Shown one piece after another: positions 1 to 13,741 of a DNA stretch of 60,725 bases (within the stretch, counting starts at the first letter, position 1; every line of letters starts with the position of its first letter). Position numbers and translations under genes: made by a program. Under the pieces are notes generated by a model, which did no database searches, was not told the DNA's origin, and saw only the letters and a program-made list of their open reading frames with translations. Origin of the DNA: Dirinaria sp. TL-2023a (Eukaryota); the NCBI GenBank assembly GCA_051941275.1, contig JAVEBF010000008.1:1-60725 (forward strand), read 5' to 3'.

Positions 1-33
1 TTGCAGAACATGCCCTCTAAAGCAAGATTCCAG

Positions 34-1001
34 GGCGATCTAGGCCATACCGACCTCCAGGAAGATCTAGAGTTCCACTCATCCAGTACGACTCCCCAGC
101 AGGCAGTAGTTCAGTATGCTCAGAAGATAACACGGGCTCTACAGACTTCAACGATCCCACCAATCCCCGCAACAAGCCCTCCGCCCTTCCACCCCTTGGT
201 TCCTCGGACGAAGGCGCCTCCTCCAAGCGCTTCCTCTGGACCCTCTCCTTCTACGCCCAATTCTTCGACGTCGACACCTCCGCCGTCCTCTCCCGCTGTC
301 TCGCCGCGCTGTATCCCCGCACTCCCTTCTTGGACACGTTAGAGGGAAACCCGGATCTCTATGGCCCGTTCTGGATCGCGACGACGGTCGTCTTCATCCT
401 CTTCATCACCGGCACGATTAGCCAATATCTCGCCAGCACGCACACCGCGGAACATTTTGCGTATAATTTCAAGCTGTTGAGCGGAGCCGCAGGGTTGGTG
501 TACGGGTATACCTTGATAGTCCCCGTGGTCTTGTGGGGATTGCTGAGATGGTATGGCGCCGCTTCGTCTACCTCTGGCGGCGAGCGCATTACCCTCGTGG
601 AATGCTGGGCACTGTACGGGTACTCGAATATCATCTGGATACCAGTAGCGTTGATTAGTTGGAGCCCGATCACGGCGCTGAACTGGGTGTTTGTAGGCGT
701 TGGTTTAGCCGTGAGCGGTGGTTTTCTGGTCCGTAATCTGTGGCCCGTGGTTAGTATGGTGGAAAAGAGGACGAGCCGGGTCATTGTGGTCGGAGTGGTG
801 CTGTTACATGCGGGCTTGGCGATCGCGATCAAGAATCTGTTTTTTGCGTAAGTAACGGCTTACTGGCTAGAGATGTCTCGCAAATTACGCTAACTCCGTC
901 ACAGACATGGCAGTCTTGCGGCAAAGACGGGAGGAAACGGAGGAGGTGATGCTTCCAAGGACGGAGGGGAGCAGTTGATTCGAGCGCTCTTCAAGATATA
1001 G
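34..1001 (+). CDS. YIP5: Yip1-domain membrane trafficking protein (Yip5/YIPF1-like), 5' end outside window; exons 34-85, 145-847, 905-1001
   Basis: The spliced product reads GDLGHTDLQEDLEFHSS-NFND...FYAQFFDVDT...PDLYGPFWIATT, followed by multiple TM helices. Introns 86-144 (GTACGA..ACAG) and 848-904 (GTAAGT..GCTAAC..ACAG) restore the frame through FFAHGS to TAG at 999-1001. Confidence 0.88.
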
Positions 1002-1383
1002 GGGGTTTGGGCAAGGTTCGTGTGGATTCATAAAGGGTTGCATTGCATGAGGCTCGAGATCCAAGTGGTACGGTATATTCAAACTTGTCCCATTAGAAAT
1101 ATTCTGCGAATAGGAAATCCTTTACTCCATTCTAGCGGGCCTAGCGAGTACTGGCTTGATGCGTACTTCGGACCGCGGTTTTCGTTCAGGCCATGCAATA
1201 TGTGTTTCAAGGGCATGGTTCGCTTTGTGGCGTAGGGCTACCTTTCAGCAAAGTATTGGTGCACGGGCAATGGTTTGATAATTGACTAGTCCTCTGCAAA
1301 CATTCACATAGCACCATCAACCGGTTCTATATACCGGCTCCTCCATCTGCTGAGCAGCGCCACACCACAACAACCATGGCCCT

Positions 1384-2169
<786 letters not shown>

Positions 2170-2508
2170 GGCTGTGGTATTACGCTCTGCTGACTTGGTA
2201 GATGCTGAGTATCGATGAAGTTTGTGGGATTCACGACGTTTAAGCTAAGCGAGACCGCTTGGTGCCACGCTATGCCAAATCGAGGTTCGAGGGGTTGCAC
2301 TTTGGGCCGGGGGCAGTTCCGCCACAAAGAAACCGGTCAGCCTACATGCGTAACATGTACTCGGACTTTTTATTCTTCGTTAACAAAAGGTTGGAATCTG
2401 GGACTGCGCGAGATAGTCTCGGAGTGGAACTACATATATAACTGCCTACCTTCTTTTCTAAGCGTCAAGGTGCGGGTCTCACAGCATGGAAAAGTCTTCT
2501 GTTTGCTG

Positions 2509-4532
2509 TCACGAATCAGAGCTGGATGCTGGTTCTACGTCGTTATGGACAGAAGAAGAATCATCCTCGTCATCGCTACTGGCAATATTCATAGCCTCTC
2601 TGTCTACCTTGTGTGTTTCTCCAAAGTCCAAGTCGCTCCGAATCTCTCGGCTTTCGCGAACCTGCTTTTTACTGTAGTTTAGCAGTTTTTGCTCGGTTTG
2701 GGCAACAGCTAGCACCATTCTGTGAAGAGAAATGCCAACCAAATCTGCTGCAGCCTCGAAGAACACTTTTGCCTGCAAAGGAAGTCCCTCTTCGTTCCTA
2801 TACCGCTTGTAGAAATTCCCCAGCCGCCACACTGGTACGTCGCTCGGTCCCTGGCTCTCTTCGGACACGAATCCACGAAACTTGAGGCTAGCTTGAACAG
2901 TCTCCAGCTTCGAGACATGCGCTTCTTCGTCCGCCTTCATCGCTTGATGCGCACTCACTGTGGGAGTCGGCGAGTTATTAATATCACCAGTAGGAAACAT
3001 ATCAAGTAATTCCGTTGACGGGCTCGATTTCTTCCCACTCTGGTTTCCATCTCTGACCCACGTCCTTTCGTACCAATCCAGGTATTGGTCAATTTCCTGT
3101 TCTGACATTGCAAATACGTCTTGTTCCTTGACTTTAACCGCATTGCCACGGCCCAGCCTGCCACCTGAGGTTTCACGTTTTTGTTGTTTAGCATGCTCTT
3201 CACACCAGACATCCCAGTCGACAGTCAAGACACCTGGCTCTTCCACAGTCTCGGCATGTCGTTTCAAATCGTCAAATGGATGATACAACTTTACCGCCAC
3301 CACCAAAAGAGCCATCAGTTGGACTTCTGGGAATGAACTACTACGCTGTCTTCCAACGATTTTTGGAAAGGAAAAGCTGGTCTTGAGTATCTTTGACAAT
3401 GAGCGGACTGCAGTATATACTTCCACTGAGAAACCTTGATTAGCCTCGATCAATGACACACTAAATCCTCCGCTTACGTGGTAAAGCCAGGTCTCTGATG
3501 TAACGGAAGAGAAAGAGGGGATAGTTAAGGTCTGGAAGTAGAAGTCCAAAATGATGATTGTATAGAAGTATAAGCTCTTGGACATCACTGAGTATTTCGT
3601 CCGGTCTCGGTAACGACTTGGATAATCAGCGCAGTCTCTGCATTACTTGAGACTATTACCTGAGTATCAAGAGCACTAATGTAATTCGGTGGCAATTTGT
3701 CTCTGATAGCTTTGGGGACCTCCCGTATGACTCTAATGAATGGAATGAGCTCCTTGATAGCCCAGCTGTAGGGACGCAGATGGTCAGCATATACCTTCAC
3801 GAATGTATATCTGAGAATTCCTACTGATACAAGTGCCCAAGGCCTATTGGTACTCGTAGGATGGCTATTGCCATATAAAACAGGGCTAACGACTCTAAAA
3901 CTCTGGGCGTTTCCTCGCCTTTCTTGTCCCATTTCGTACGAGTTTGAGAACTAGAGGTTGCATCTGCAGTCTCGCTCTGTTGCTGGGAACTATGAACGAT
4001 CTCTTCGTCCACGCTCGTTTTGAGCCGGTCCACTAATAATTGAAGGCGCAGTTCCCAAAGATCTTTTATGACCAATTCTATTTCCGCGGGCAAATGCAGG
4101 TCATGAACCAGGGCCCAAGACTGCTTCCTGAGGATGACCTGATATGCTTGAAGATAGAGCTCTAACGCTTGGCGTCCGGTGTATACTTGATATCAATCAG
4201 CCTACGATGAACTCAAGATCGCATTTGATTAGCAATGCTGTAAAAACATACTCCGAGCTACCTGCTCTTGCACATCCCTCTGCTGCCGAAACTTTCGTCC
4301 CTTTGCGGCGTTATATTCATCCTCGTCGGCTCGTGTAGATTGTTTACCCTGGGCCGTGAGTGAGTGAGAATAGCCGAATACGGAGCATCGAGCGTCTTAC
4401 GTGCTGTTCATGCCCGTTTTTACAAAAGGTCAAGCCATTCTCCTCGTAGTATCGTTTGGAACGGCAATTTTCGATCCCGCAGATAGGACCTTTGCGAAAA
4501 TCTGGCTTAGCACTTGTCGTGGGCTCATCCAT
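2509..4532 (-). CDS. RRN7: RNA polymerase I core factor subunit Rrn7/TAF1B-like, about 6 exons
   Basis: N-terminal zinc ribbon CGIENC...CKNGH. Spliced segments YLQAYQVILRKQ, ELVIKDLWELRLQ, YIRDLALPLEVY and PEVQLMALLVVAVKL, with an acidic C-terminus ending at 2509. Confidence 0.85.
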
Positions 4533-5318
4533 GGCTTGCATTGATCAAACATAAATGACGACAATGTATACGCTAGAATAAGTCACGTCCACCATGACCA
4601 TTGGATGGCTGATCCCTGGAGGTGCTAATATTCAAAGAAGACATTCTTGCTAATTGTAGGACCTCGCAATGGTGTGTGACTGCAGATTTGAGTCAACGAA
4701 TGGCCAGTGTTGTGGCACAATTTATTTATCTTCAAAGAGCGTGATTTAGAACCTTTGATTGTGCCTTGTGGAATGCCTCGATATTCTACAACAATACCGC
4801 GTCATACTCTTTGGTGCCAATGCGGGTATATCTTTATCGACAGATCGCAGCACCCTGGAATATTATTACATTTCTTTGATCAAGGTAATCAAGTTCACGA
4901 AAAATAATGTGGGCTACGGTAAGGTAAAGTACCTTACTAACTGGCTAAGCCCTCGCATAACCCTAAGCACCGAGAGGAGTTTTGTTCGAGGAATACTGGA
5001 ACCAAGAGCACCATAGGTGGTTGCAGCGTGGGATGTCATGGATTACATTTCTACCCTAAGGTCGTCTGATCGTCAGAACACCACTCATTATCCGTTTTGT
5101 AAATGAGGTAGAGCTCCATCGCCGACGTAAAATGCGGCAAAGACTTCAAACCAAAATGCCGTCAACGCTGAGTCACCGACAAGGCGACAACCGATGGAGG
5201 ATGTACTGGTCTTAGCACGCACATCCCTCGTTCGCCATTGTTGATTTAGCGTTCCAAAGTATTGAGTATCAAGTCCAATCTGAGCCCCAGCGTGCGGTGA
5301 AGGATTAATGTGCGAAGC

Positions 5319-5996
5319 TCAAGCGCGAGGCGCTTCTTTCGCTTCGATCGCAACCTCCTCACCCATGGAGGTGAGGACGATGACATCTGCTATCGTTAGG
5401 AGAGATGATCGCTTAAAAATTGCGCCACTTACTGGTATCCTTCTGCTCAGTAGTGAAGAGACGATCAATCTTTTCGCCAACTTCGCCCTCTGGAACCTTG
5501 ACGTCATCCTTGGTATCGCCATTGTCAGACATCAGGGAAAGAAAGCCGTCGCTGGAGACATCAAGCTAGATTTGATCAGCGTGTTTTGGGGATGCTGCGC
5601 AGCCTGACTCACGAGCTGATATTCCTTGCGGGACACGTTGGGGACGTCCATGTTGTGAGTAGAGGGACAGAGGTCTTCCAGCTTCTTGCCAGTAAAGATA
5701 TCGATAGCGACGAGATGGACTTTAGCGTGACCGTGCTTTCCGGTCTTGGAGGTGCTCATTTCGACAATCTTGCATGGGCGGTTCTTGATGACAACGAAGC
5801 CGTTCTTGCGAAGAGCAGAACACTGCATAGGATAAGTAGTCGAAGCGCCGGCATCGGCACTCTCGAACGTGTGCTCATGCTACGAGAGAGCGTTAGCTGC
5901 TTGCGCCGTCATATGGGGGAAACCCGTGCAGGTGGTCGGTAGAGATAGAAGGTGATTGTCCCGCAATTATAGACTTGCCTGAGCGTCATCGGCCAT
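5319..5996 (-). CDS. HYP2: Translation factor eIF5A; exons 5996-5979, 5879-5613, 5565-5433, 5386-5319
   Basis: Hypusination motif [13 protein letters not shown]-terminus [19 protein letters not shown]. The first intron has a GC donor (GCAAGT). Confidence 0.97.
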
Positions 5997-6640
5997 GATG
6001 AGAGAGTAGCTGATTCAAGATGTCAAAGGGCGAGCGAAAGAAAGCTATGTAGTTTGTATAGGTTGGTAAAAGGAGAAGGTGTTCTGGAGTGGCGTGAAGT
6101 TGAATTTTCCAAGAGGGAAGTAAGTTGGGTTGTTGGGTGAGTCGAAAAGAAAATCAAATGTGGAAACTCGGTCTTTGGTGGGGTTGATCTACTCTAATCT
6201 AGATCCCGCTAGCACCGTAGCCTTTAACATAGGACAATCTTATCTAATTGAAGGACCGACTAATCTGCTTTCAGCAGACTTTGAAGCTCCCCTCGCTCCT
6301 GTCGAGGGGCTCCAGGGGCATTGGATACCCAGTGTACTTCGTAGTGGCGGGAGACAACAAAGATCTTGAGAACGGTGGAGCAGAGGCATATGGTCTTCTT
6401 TTCCCGTATTCTATGTTGCGACTCTACTCATCAATCCTACGAGCTCTCAATGACGGACGGAAGCCCATGCTTCTATCAAGCTACACCCCTATGGCGATCT
6501 GGGGCCAGTCCTGGGTACGTCACGATGTGGACTATGCTAGCCCGACTCCCCTAATTCCATGGTTCCCGTGTTTGGACGTTCTTCCCAAATAGTAGATCAT
6601 CATCATGCGAATGGCCTCATGAATTCGAAGACGCCAAGTC

Positions 6641-7581
6641 ATGGAGTGGCTATCGGGGAAGCGGTTTGATCCTAACTTCGACTTTGGGAAACTGTCTGGC
6701 AAGGCTATCCTGGTAACTGGAGGTGAGTACGGGAAGCGAGTATCCGTGTGCGCTATTACTTTACTGAAGACTCTGTAGGAAATAACGGCTTAGGCGTAGC
6801 AAGTGTTCGTGCGTTTGCTAAGCATAACTATCTTACAGTACGCAATCCCTCGAAAGCTGAAGCTATAATTGCCGATATTAAGTATGCTATTCTGGACGCC
6901 GACATCACCTACCTTCAGATTGATTTAGCCTCTTTTGACTCAGTGAAAAAAGCCGCTGAAGCTTTCAAGACCTCTTCCAATGACCTCCACGTCCTCATGA
7001 GCAATGCGGGTACTGCAGGGCGTCCACCAAGCCTGACTGAAGAAGGGTATGAAACCCATTTTGGCACGAATCACACGAGTCATGCCCTTCTGACTATGTT
7101 GTTGCTGCCACTTCTTGAGCTTGCTGCTGAACAGCCTGGTTTTGAAGTTCGGATCATCAGTGGTCTAGTGCTCAAAGCCAACTGCACGCCAATAGAGGAT
7201 TATAGCGCCTCGACAAGCTGCGGCTAGTCTAAGCTTGCTAATATACTACGTATAAGAGAATCAGCGAGACGATACCCAAAGATTAAAAGCATTATTCTGC
7301 ATTCTGGCAGTGTTGATACCGGGTTGACATTGTCTTTCCAAACGGAACATTCTTGGTGGGCGCCACGGACTTATAGGCTGCTCAACCTGTTCGTGCTCAA
7401 GACTTCCGAGCGAGGGGCCCTGACCCAACTATGGGCTGCAACGAGTGGTGCGGCAAAATCAGGAACTTACTATGTCCCAGTGGCAAAAGCGTCTCAAGGA
7501 TCTGGTCATTCGAGAGACGAAATGCTTGCACTTGAGCTTTGGGATTGGACGGAAAAGGAGCTTGTGAAACACGTGCTCTGA
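6641..7581 (+). pseudogene. Short-chain dehydrogenase/reductase (retinol-DH/WWOX-like) pseudogene; intron 6723-6778
   Basis: Motifs ILVTGGNNGLG, LMSNAG, FGTNH, GALTQLWAATS and LWDWTEKEL. An in-frame TAG at 7225-7227 lies inside the catalytic YxxxK motif (reads C-G-*-S-K) and the same frame continues to TGA at 7581. Segments appear to be missing after KHN and RIIS. Confidence 0.85.
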
Positions 7582-7819
7582 GTCCTAGCTGGTTTGCCCG
7601 CGATGTTGATCGGTGAACTGTCAAGCGATCGGACGGCGCGGTTTCAGTAGATGTATCATTTCTCTAAGAGTGGCAATATGGTGGCTGCAAAACTCGTAGT
7701 GTTGATTATAGTAGTATAGTAGCAATGCCATTGGTCTTGCGGTACCGTCCCAGATGCTACAACTAAGTACCCTAGATTCCATCATCATTTGCGTCTTCCC
7801 AGCTATGCACGGCAGATCG

Positions 7820-9092
7820 CTAGTCTTCCTCAACCTCCTCCACTCGAGGCGTGAGATTTCTCTTCTGCGCCGGCGCCCCATTCTGTTTTTTCCCAGAGGT
7901 TGCCTTGGATGCGGTAGGGGTTGGCGTAGTGTCAATTCTCTCCTTGACGCCCTTACCTCCCTTCGGACTTTTCTTCGCTTTCTTCTTCTTCTTGTCCTAT
8001 AAACAGTCAGCAACGGTCCAGAGCCCAAGATTCGAGTTTCAGACATACTTCTTGCCAGCCCCAAACCGGCCTGAAGCTGTCGAAAAATCCCACATCCTCA
8101 AACAGATTGGGATACAACCAGAGTCCTGGGGGTACTGTGAAGACCGTTACGCAGAATAGTATTAGTCTGAAGATTGCCATCAGGAAGAACAGGCCAATAA
8201 GCCCTAGTAGCCCCATGCTAAGATACCATACCCCAATCCGCAGCGTTACAGGCCAGAGCGGAAACATGACTGCTGCAAGTATTGCCAAGACTGCTCCGCC
8301 AGCGTACAGTTTCTGCTTCCACTGAGGTCCGTCGCGTACCCAGGCGTAGTGTAGATCCTCGGAGATGTCTTGCTGGGTAACGATCTTGACATGCCAAAGG
8401 CCTTTTGTACGCTTCTGCTTTGGGGGAGGGGCGTGGTCGTGGCCCTTGTGAGGGTCTTTCTTCTCGACTCGAAGAGCAAGCAGCGACAGAGGGAGGAGCT
8501 TGAAGGCTTCGGCAGCTGTTTCAGGAGAGTCAACAGATGGTAGCAGCGCATTTTTGGATGCGGCTTTCGCATAAGCAGGAGACCGGAGCGCACGGAGCGC
8601 ACGTTTAACTAACAATAAGTATCAGCAAATGGTAGACGGCCCGAGGGATAATGGGGGATTTGGTAGGGTACCTCTAAACATTTCCTTGCGCTGGCCATTT
8701 AGTATGCATGTCCGCGGCTTCAGGTCCTGGCTCCGTAGCCACTTCATAACAGCTTCGGCTTTCGGGTCGGCTGTACCACCCGAGATGGGTACTGCTTGTC
8801 CTGGTTGCTGGCCTTGGATCTGCGGCTGGCTTGACTGTTGCTGCATGGCTTCTTGTTGAGCCATCTGCTGCTGTCGCTGATGATTCTCAAAGGCTTGTTG
8901 TTTCAGCTTGTTGATGTATTGCTCGACTGTCATCCCGTTTTTCTTCGCATCCGCTTCGATCTGCTGTCGCTGCCATTGCTGGAACTGTTGGGGGGTCATG
9001 CCTCGCTTTTGTGCTTCAACAGCGATCTGTTGTTGCATCGCCGCCATTTGCTGGGGCGTAGGCTGCTGACCAGGAGTTTGCGGTCCTGACAT
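7820..9092 (-). CDS. SEC62: ER translocon subunit Sec62, 3 exons
   Basis: Q-rich N-terminus, then EMFRVKRALRAL after splicing, two TM helices (AVMFPLWP; GLIGLFFLMAIFRLILF), GLWLYPNLFEDVGFFDSFRPVWGW, and a K-rich tail ending VEEVEED*. Confidence 0.95.
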
Positions 9093-9746
9093 CTTGTGCT
9101 TTTGATGAAAAAGGAGTCAGAATGTGGGCTTATACCATTGATGTTAGTTCAAGAGGGTGGGAAAACTTCGAGTTCTTTACCAAAAAGCCACATTCCCATC
9201 ATCGGCAAATCCGCATATGGTTACACGCACAAACAGCAACATTAGGAGCCGCCGGCAACCGTTGCCGGCCGCCTGCTACCGGGTTCTAAGCGCCGCCTTG
9301 GCGTGTACCGCGACTTGGCAGTCAACAATCCGTGGTCCCACATGCGAATCTTACCTACTTAGTATAAAAAGTCAGCCACAAAGATGTCAACCAAACTTTG
9401 ACAAAAGTCCCTCATACAAACTCGTCTCCCAACGCAATCGCCGAGGAAACGTACGCGCCGACTCTGTGCTCTGACTCACAGCTCACAGCATAAAAGGTCA
9501 GTATCCCCCGGAGAACTTCTGCTCTTCTTTCTCCAGTTTTCGAACTTGTGCCCACGCTACACGTACTGCTTGCCTACTCAGAACACCACTGCTCCCCAAA
9601 CAATCAAATTGAATTCGTGTAAATTGACAAACGTAATCATGCAGACTGTACTCCTCCTTGCCCTCGGGCTCACCATTTTCCTGCTCGCTAAGCTGAGCAT
9701 TCTCCCAAACCTCCTCAAAGTCTTTGTCCGCTGGTCCTCCCTGGCC

Positions 9747-12700
9747 ATGGAAGCAAAGGCGTCCCACGTTTTGACAATTCTACGTACCAACGCATTACCC
9801 GAGTCCAATGTCCTTGATCTCATCAACCGTATCAAGGCCGACATTAAGCATGGCGCTGTCCCTGAAGGCGCGATCGGTCCTCTCTTCGAGCTTATCAGCG
9901 CGACCTTAGATTCCCCCGCTTACATCGATGCCGGGTTTTCAACCCTCCATCACTTTCTTAAACGCCTCGGTTCCCAGGAGCAGCTATCCGTGCTTGATCA
10001 ACATGCTTGCAGGGTCGTTCCAGTCGTCATGGAATGCCTAGCCCTTGAGAAGCAGCGTCTCCGATCGCGAGCTTCCCAAGCTTTACTTGATCTTTGGAAC
10101 GCTACACCCATAGCTGCAAGTCTCATTAGGAATATGATTTCGGACGTTGTGCTTCAACGGCAAGGCCCCACAGCGAAAGAAGCAGCACTACAATTCATTA
10201 CAAAGGTAGGTTACCGGGCTCCCTCCGACCTACTCTTTTCAAGGCTCCGCTAACAGCGCATAGCTGCCGCAAGGTAACAGTACATCAATGTTTAGCTTCG
10301 TCCATCGTATCACCGTGTGTCTGGAAGATCCTGTTGAAAGTGTCCGGCAAAGCGCCCGAGACACCCTTGTTTATTTACTCCAGTAAGTACATACAGCCCC
10401 GTCATATTCTTCTCTTTGCTAAACTTTCCAAGAAACGCCCATACCCGCGACGTACCTGAGCTCAGAAGGAAGCTTACCAATTTCCGCGTCAACAAAGCTA
10501 CCCTCAGCGATATTTTCACACGCGCCGGTCTTGCTATTGCTGAGGACGGCGAGAAACCACAGACCTTAAACCCCTCCACAAGTGAGAGTGGCACGTTCCG
10601 CGAACCCTTAATTCGACCCAGTTCGTCCCTTGCTTCGACCCGAACAGCATCGTCAGGGACTATCATCCGACCATATTCCCGCGGTAGGACTGAAAGTTCG
10701 AGCGCAACGACTGTATCTCATCAGGCCAGCAACTCAGACACTCTGGCCAAAAAGAACCTAAGCCGGCCCCTAGCTCAGGCACAAACATTCAGTGAGGCCA
10801 GGATAGCCTCAAGGCCAAAGCCTAATGTCACCAATCCGACTATATCTACTCGTCCTCAGCTAGCGTCCCGGTCCGCGTCTAAACCCATCCATACTCCTTC
10901 CAGCTCTGTCACCAACAACGCTCCCACAAGCGGCGAGCCCTTGACCGGTCGGTCCGATGTCCAGCCACTCCCTTTCATTCCCACAAGATCCGAAGCCCAG
11001 AAAGAGGCCGAGAATCTGGAGGCCAAGGACGTTTCCTCGGCGCGAGAGGTCGAAAACGCCTTTCGGGACATTCTGCCCCCCTTCGAAGGCTCCGAATCCG
11101 AAACCAACTGGAAAGCTCGAGAGCAAAATCTCATCAAGGTTAGGAAACTCACCAAAGGCAATGCCTATGATGATTACCCAGCATCATACCTGGCGGGCGT
11201 CAAACAATGTTTGAATGCGTTCATCAAGGCCGCAGAGTCCCTTCGGACTACGCTCGGTACTCTTGGTTGTCATTGCATCCAGGATATTATTAGACGCACT
11301 GGTCCAAACCTCGATTCATCTGTCGAGATTATCCTCCAAACTTTCGTGAGGATGTGTATCAGTACTAAGAAGATTGCATCGCAGAACGGTGACTCGAGCG
11401 TGTCGTGTATCCTTACCTTTGTCTCATTCAACGCCCGTGTAGCCCAACACATTTTCAACGCCACGCAGGACAAGAACGTCAACCCGCGCCTCTATGCTTC
11501 AGGCTGGCTGCGAATCGTTCTCACCCGCTATGGGCATCAGAAGAGTACCATCGAGCACAACAATGCTTTGGACTTGGTAACTAAAGCTATCACCGCCGGT
11601 CTCAACGACCGGGATCTTAACGTTCGGAGCCGTATGCGTCCAGCGTACTGGACCTTCGCTCGACTCTGGAGCGACAAGTCCGAACAGTAAGTCATCGACT
11701 CTTGTCTCACTATCCGCCTTCCTTGACAGCTAAAATTGGCTTCAGCATTCTCCTATCCCTGGAGAAGAAGCAGCAAGAGCAGCTTCTCAAAGATGCTTCT
11801 AACCCATTCCCGGACGCGTCATCGGTTGCTTCAGGCCTTGGGGAAAAAGCCGCGGCACTTTCGCAGAGCACCTCCGCTGTGCCGACCCGTCCTACTCTCA
11901 AGGAAGCTATCATGGCACGGAAACGGGCGAACCAGAACGTGCCACCGCAACGACCTTCGTCCGCGGGACCAACTTCGACCCCTAACAGAGAGGCATCTTC
12001 TGGTCCAGCGAGACCGATGACCAGCGGCCTGGCTGCGAGGAAGGCACCTACAGCTACTACTAGCGGTACCCTATCGTCTGCACCTGTCAGACCACAAAGG
12101 CCAGTCCGAAAGCCTGAACTCCCTCGTCCAGCCACGGCGCAAAGCTGTCGCACCACTACATTGACACCGGCTACTAGACCAACTAGGCCAAAGACCCCCG
12201 TGTTACCAACCAGTATCAAAAGAGGTATCCTTGCTGCTCAGAAAGAATCCTCTAGAGACGCAAGTCCGACCAAGGCCGTCAGGAGACGAATCAGCTGGTC
12301 AGATGAGCTGCCAGGCGGAAGCCTTGAGCTTGGACGTACGGGATCCATACCTATTGATGATGAAGCTGTGGATGACGACGCTTCATCCACCAACGCTGAC
12401 GGAGAAACAACGACTGCAGCTCCCTCAGCTACACAAACGGAAGAGCCATCACGCCTTTCTTCAGGAGAGCTCTTCTACCAGCTCTATTTGGAAGAAAATC
12501 CGGATCGTATTGGCAAAACCCCAGGACGAGAAATGAATAGCAAGTCTCCCAACCATAATTCCCCCGGAGTCGCCGAAACCGAGTTTGCTACTAGGATATC
12601 CATGAGCCCTCGGGCCATCCACACTTTCTCTCTTCGCAAACGCCCACGCCTTCGTGTCTACGAGGATCCAGAGGCAGAGCCATCAAACCAATCACCAACT

Positions 12701-13621
12701 CAAATTCCCACAGCCAACATACTAAATGACCTTCCGGTCAATGCTCCACCACCGATCAATCAAATGCCGGCTCCTGAAGAAAGTCATTCTCCACTTTATC
12801 ATGCCAAATGGGCCGATCTCGAAGCGTCTATGACGAGGCGCGATATTAGCTCAAGGTCTTTCGATATGCTCGAGAGTCCTTATCAAGCACAGCGTCTGCT
12901 CCGGTCCGCAATTCCACGAATTAACAACGGCACGATCGACGTCCAAGGCCTGCGGCACATCCAACATCTTGTCAAGAGGCAAGAAAAGCTCTGGCACGAC
13001 CCCGGCCTCTTTGATGACTTGCTGTTTGCCCTCATCAGCGCCGTGGAAGGTACAAACAAATCATGCGCTCCTGCCAGTGGACCATTGGCCGACATTGTAA
13101 GGACCCAGATGCTCATCACCCTGCGCCGAGTGCTCATCAGACATCCGGAACAAAGCTCACCGGTATTCCCCAAGGCACTCTGTGCCATCCTTGCCGCAAG
13201 ACGCAGCCCTCTAAGCACACATAGAGTTGTCAGTGGCTTGGAAGAAACGGCGGAGTCCATCATCTCCATGGGCCAACCAAAGCCCAACATCAATGCTGTG
13301 CTTACCCATCTTGAAGCCGAAAGTAACGACAACATTCACTCGCTGTTCATGGGCCTCTATACCATGGCTGGTCTACTCGCGAAGGCCGTCGATCTTGAGC
13401 AGATACCTCTTGGACCGCTCCCCGAACAGCGCCTCGCCAAGCTGTACAGAAGGTGCTCAAAACACGACCACTCCGATATCCGGCGTGCTGTGCTTGACAT
13501 GGCGGTCCAATTTTCTAGGTGCATTTGGTCAGAGGAGCGCTTTTGGGATGCTGTGAACGGTGGAAACCATGACGCGCTTATTCATTATTTCTTAAACAAA
13601 GAGGGCCCTGATGAAGATTAG
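9747..13621 (+). CDS. STU1: Stu1/CLASP microtubule-associated protein, 4 exons (in-frame upstream ATG at 9639)
   Basis: N-terminal HEAT/TOG-like region, CLASP_N-like segment (ESETNWKARE...ESLRTTL...STKKIASQNG...DKNVNPRLYASGW), long S/P/R-rich linker and C-terminal HEAT region. Three GT..AG introns join the ORFs. Confidence 0.9.
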
Positions 13622-13645
13622 GCCATTATTCTTCAACGACACAGT

Positions 13646-13741
13646 ATTCTTAGTGTTTAGTCTTAGTCTTTCTTATTCCTCTGCTTATCCTTATTCATAG
13701 TCTTATTCTTGTCCATAGTCTTATTCTTGTTATTCTTATTA
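13646..13741. repeat. Degenerate TCTTAT/TCTTAG low-complexity tandem array downstream of STU1
   Basis: Repeated tattctt/tagtctt units, including catagtcttattcttgt twice. Confidence 0.7.

Noticed and set aside
4958..4966. Isolated TAACCCTAA between RRN7 and eIF5A
   Set aside because: A single 9-mer in a gap under 0.8 kb; at most a telobox site, with no supporting structure.
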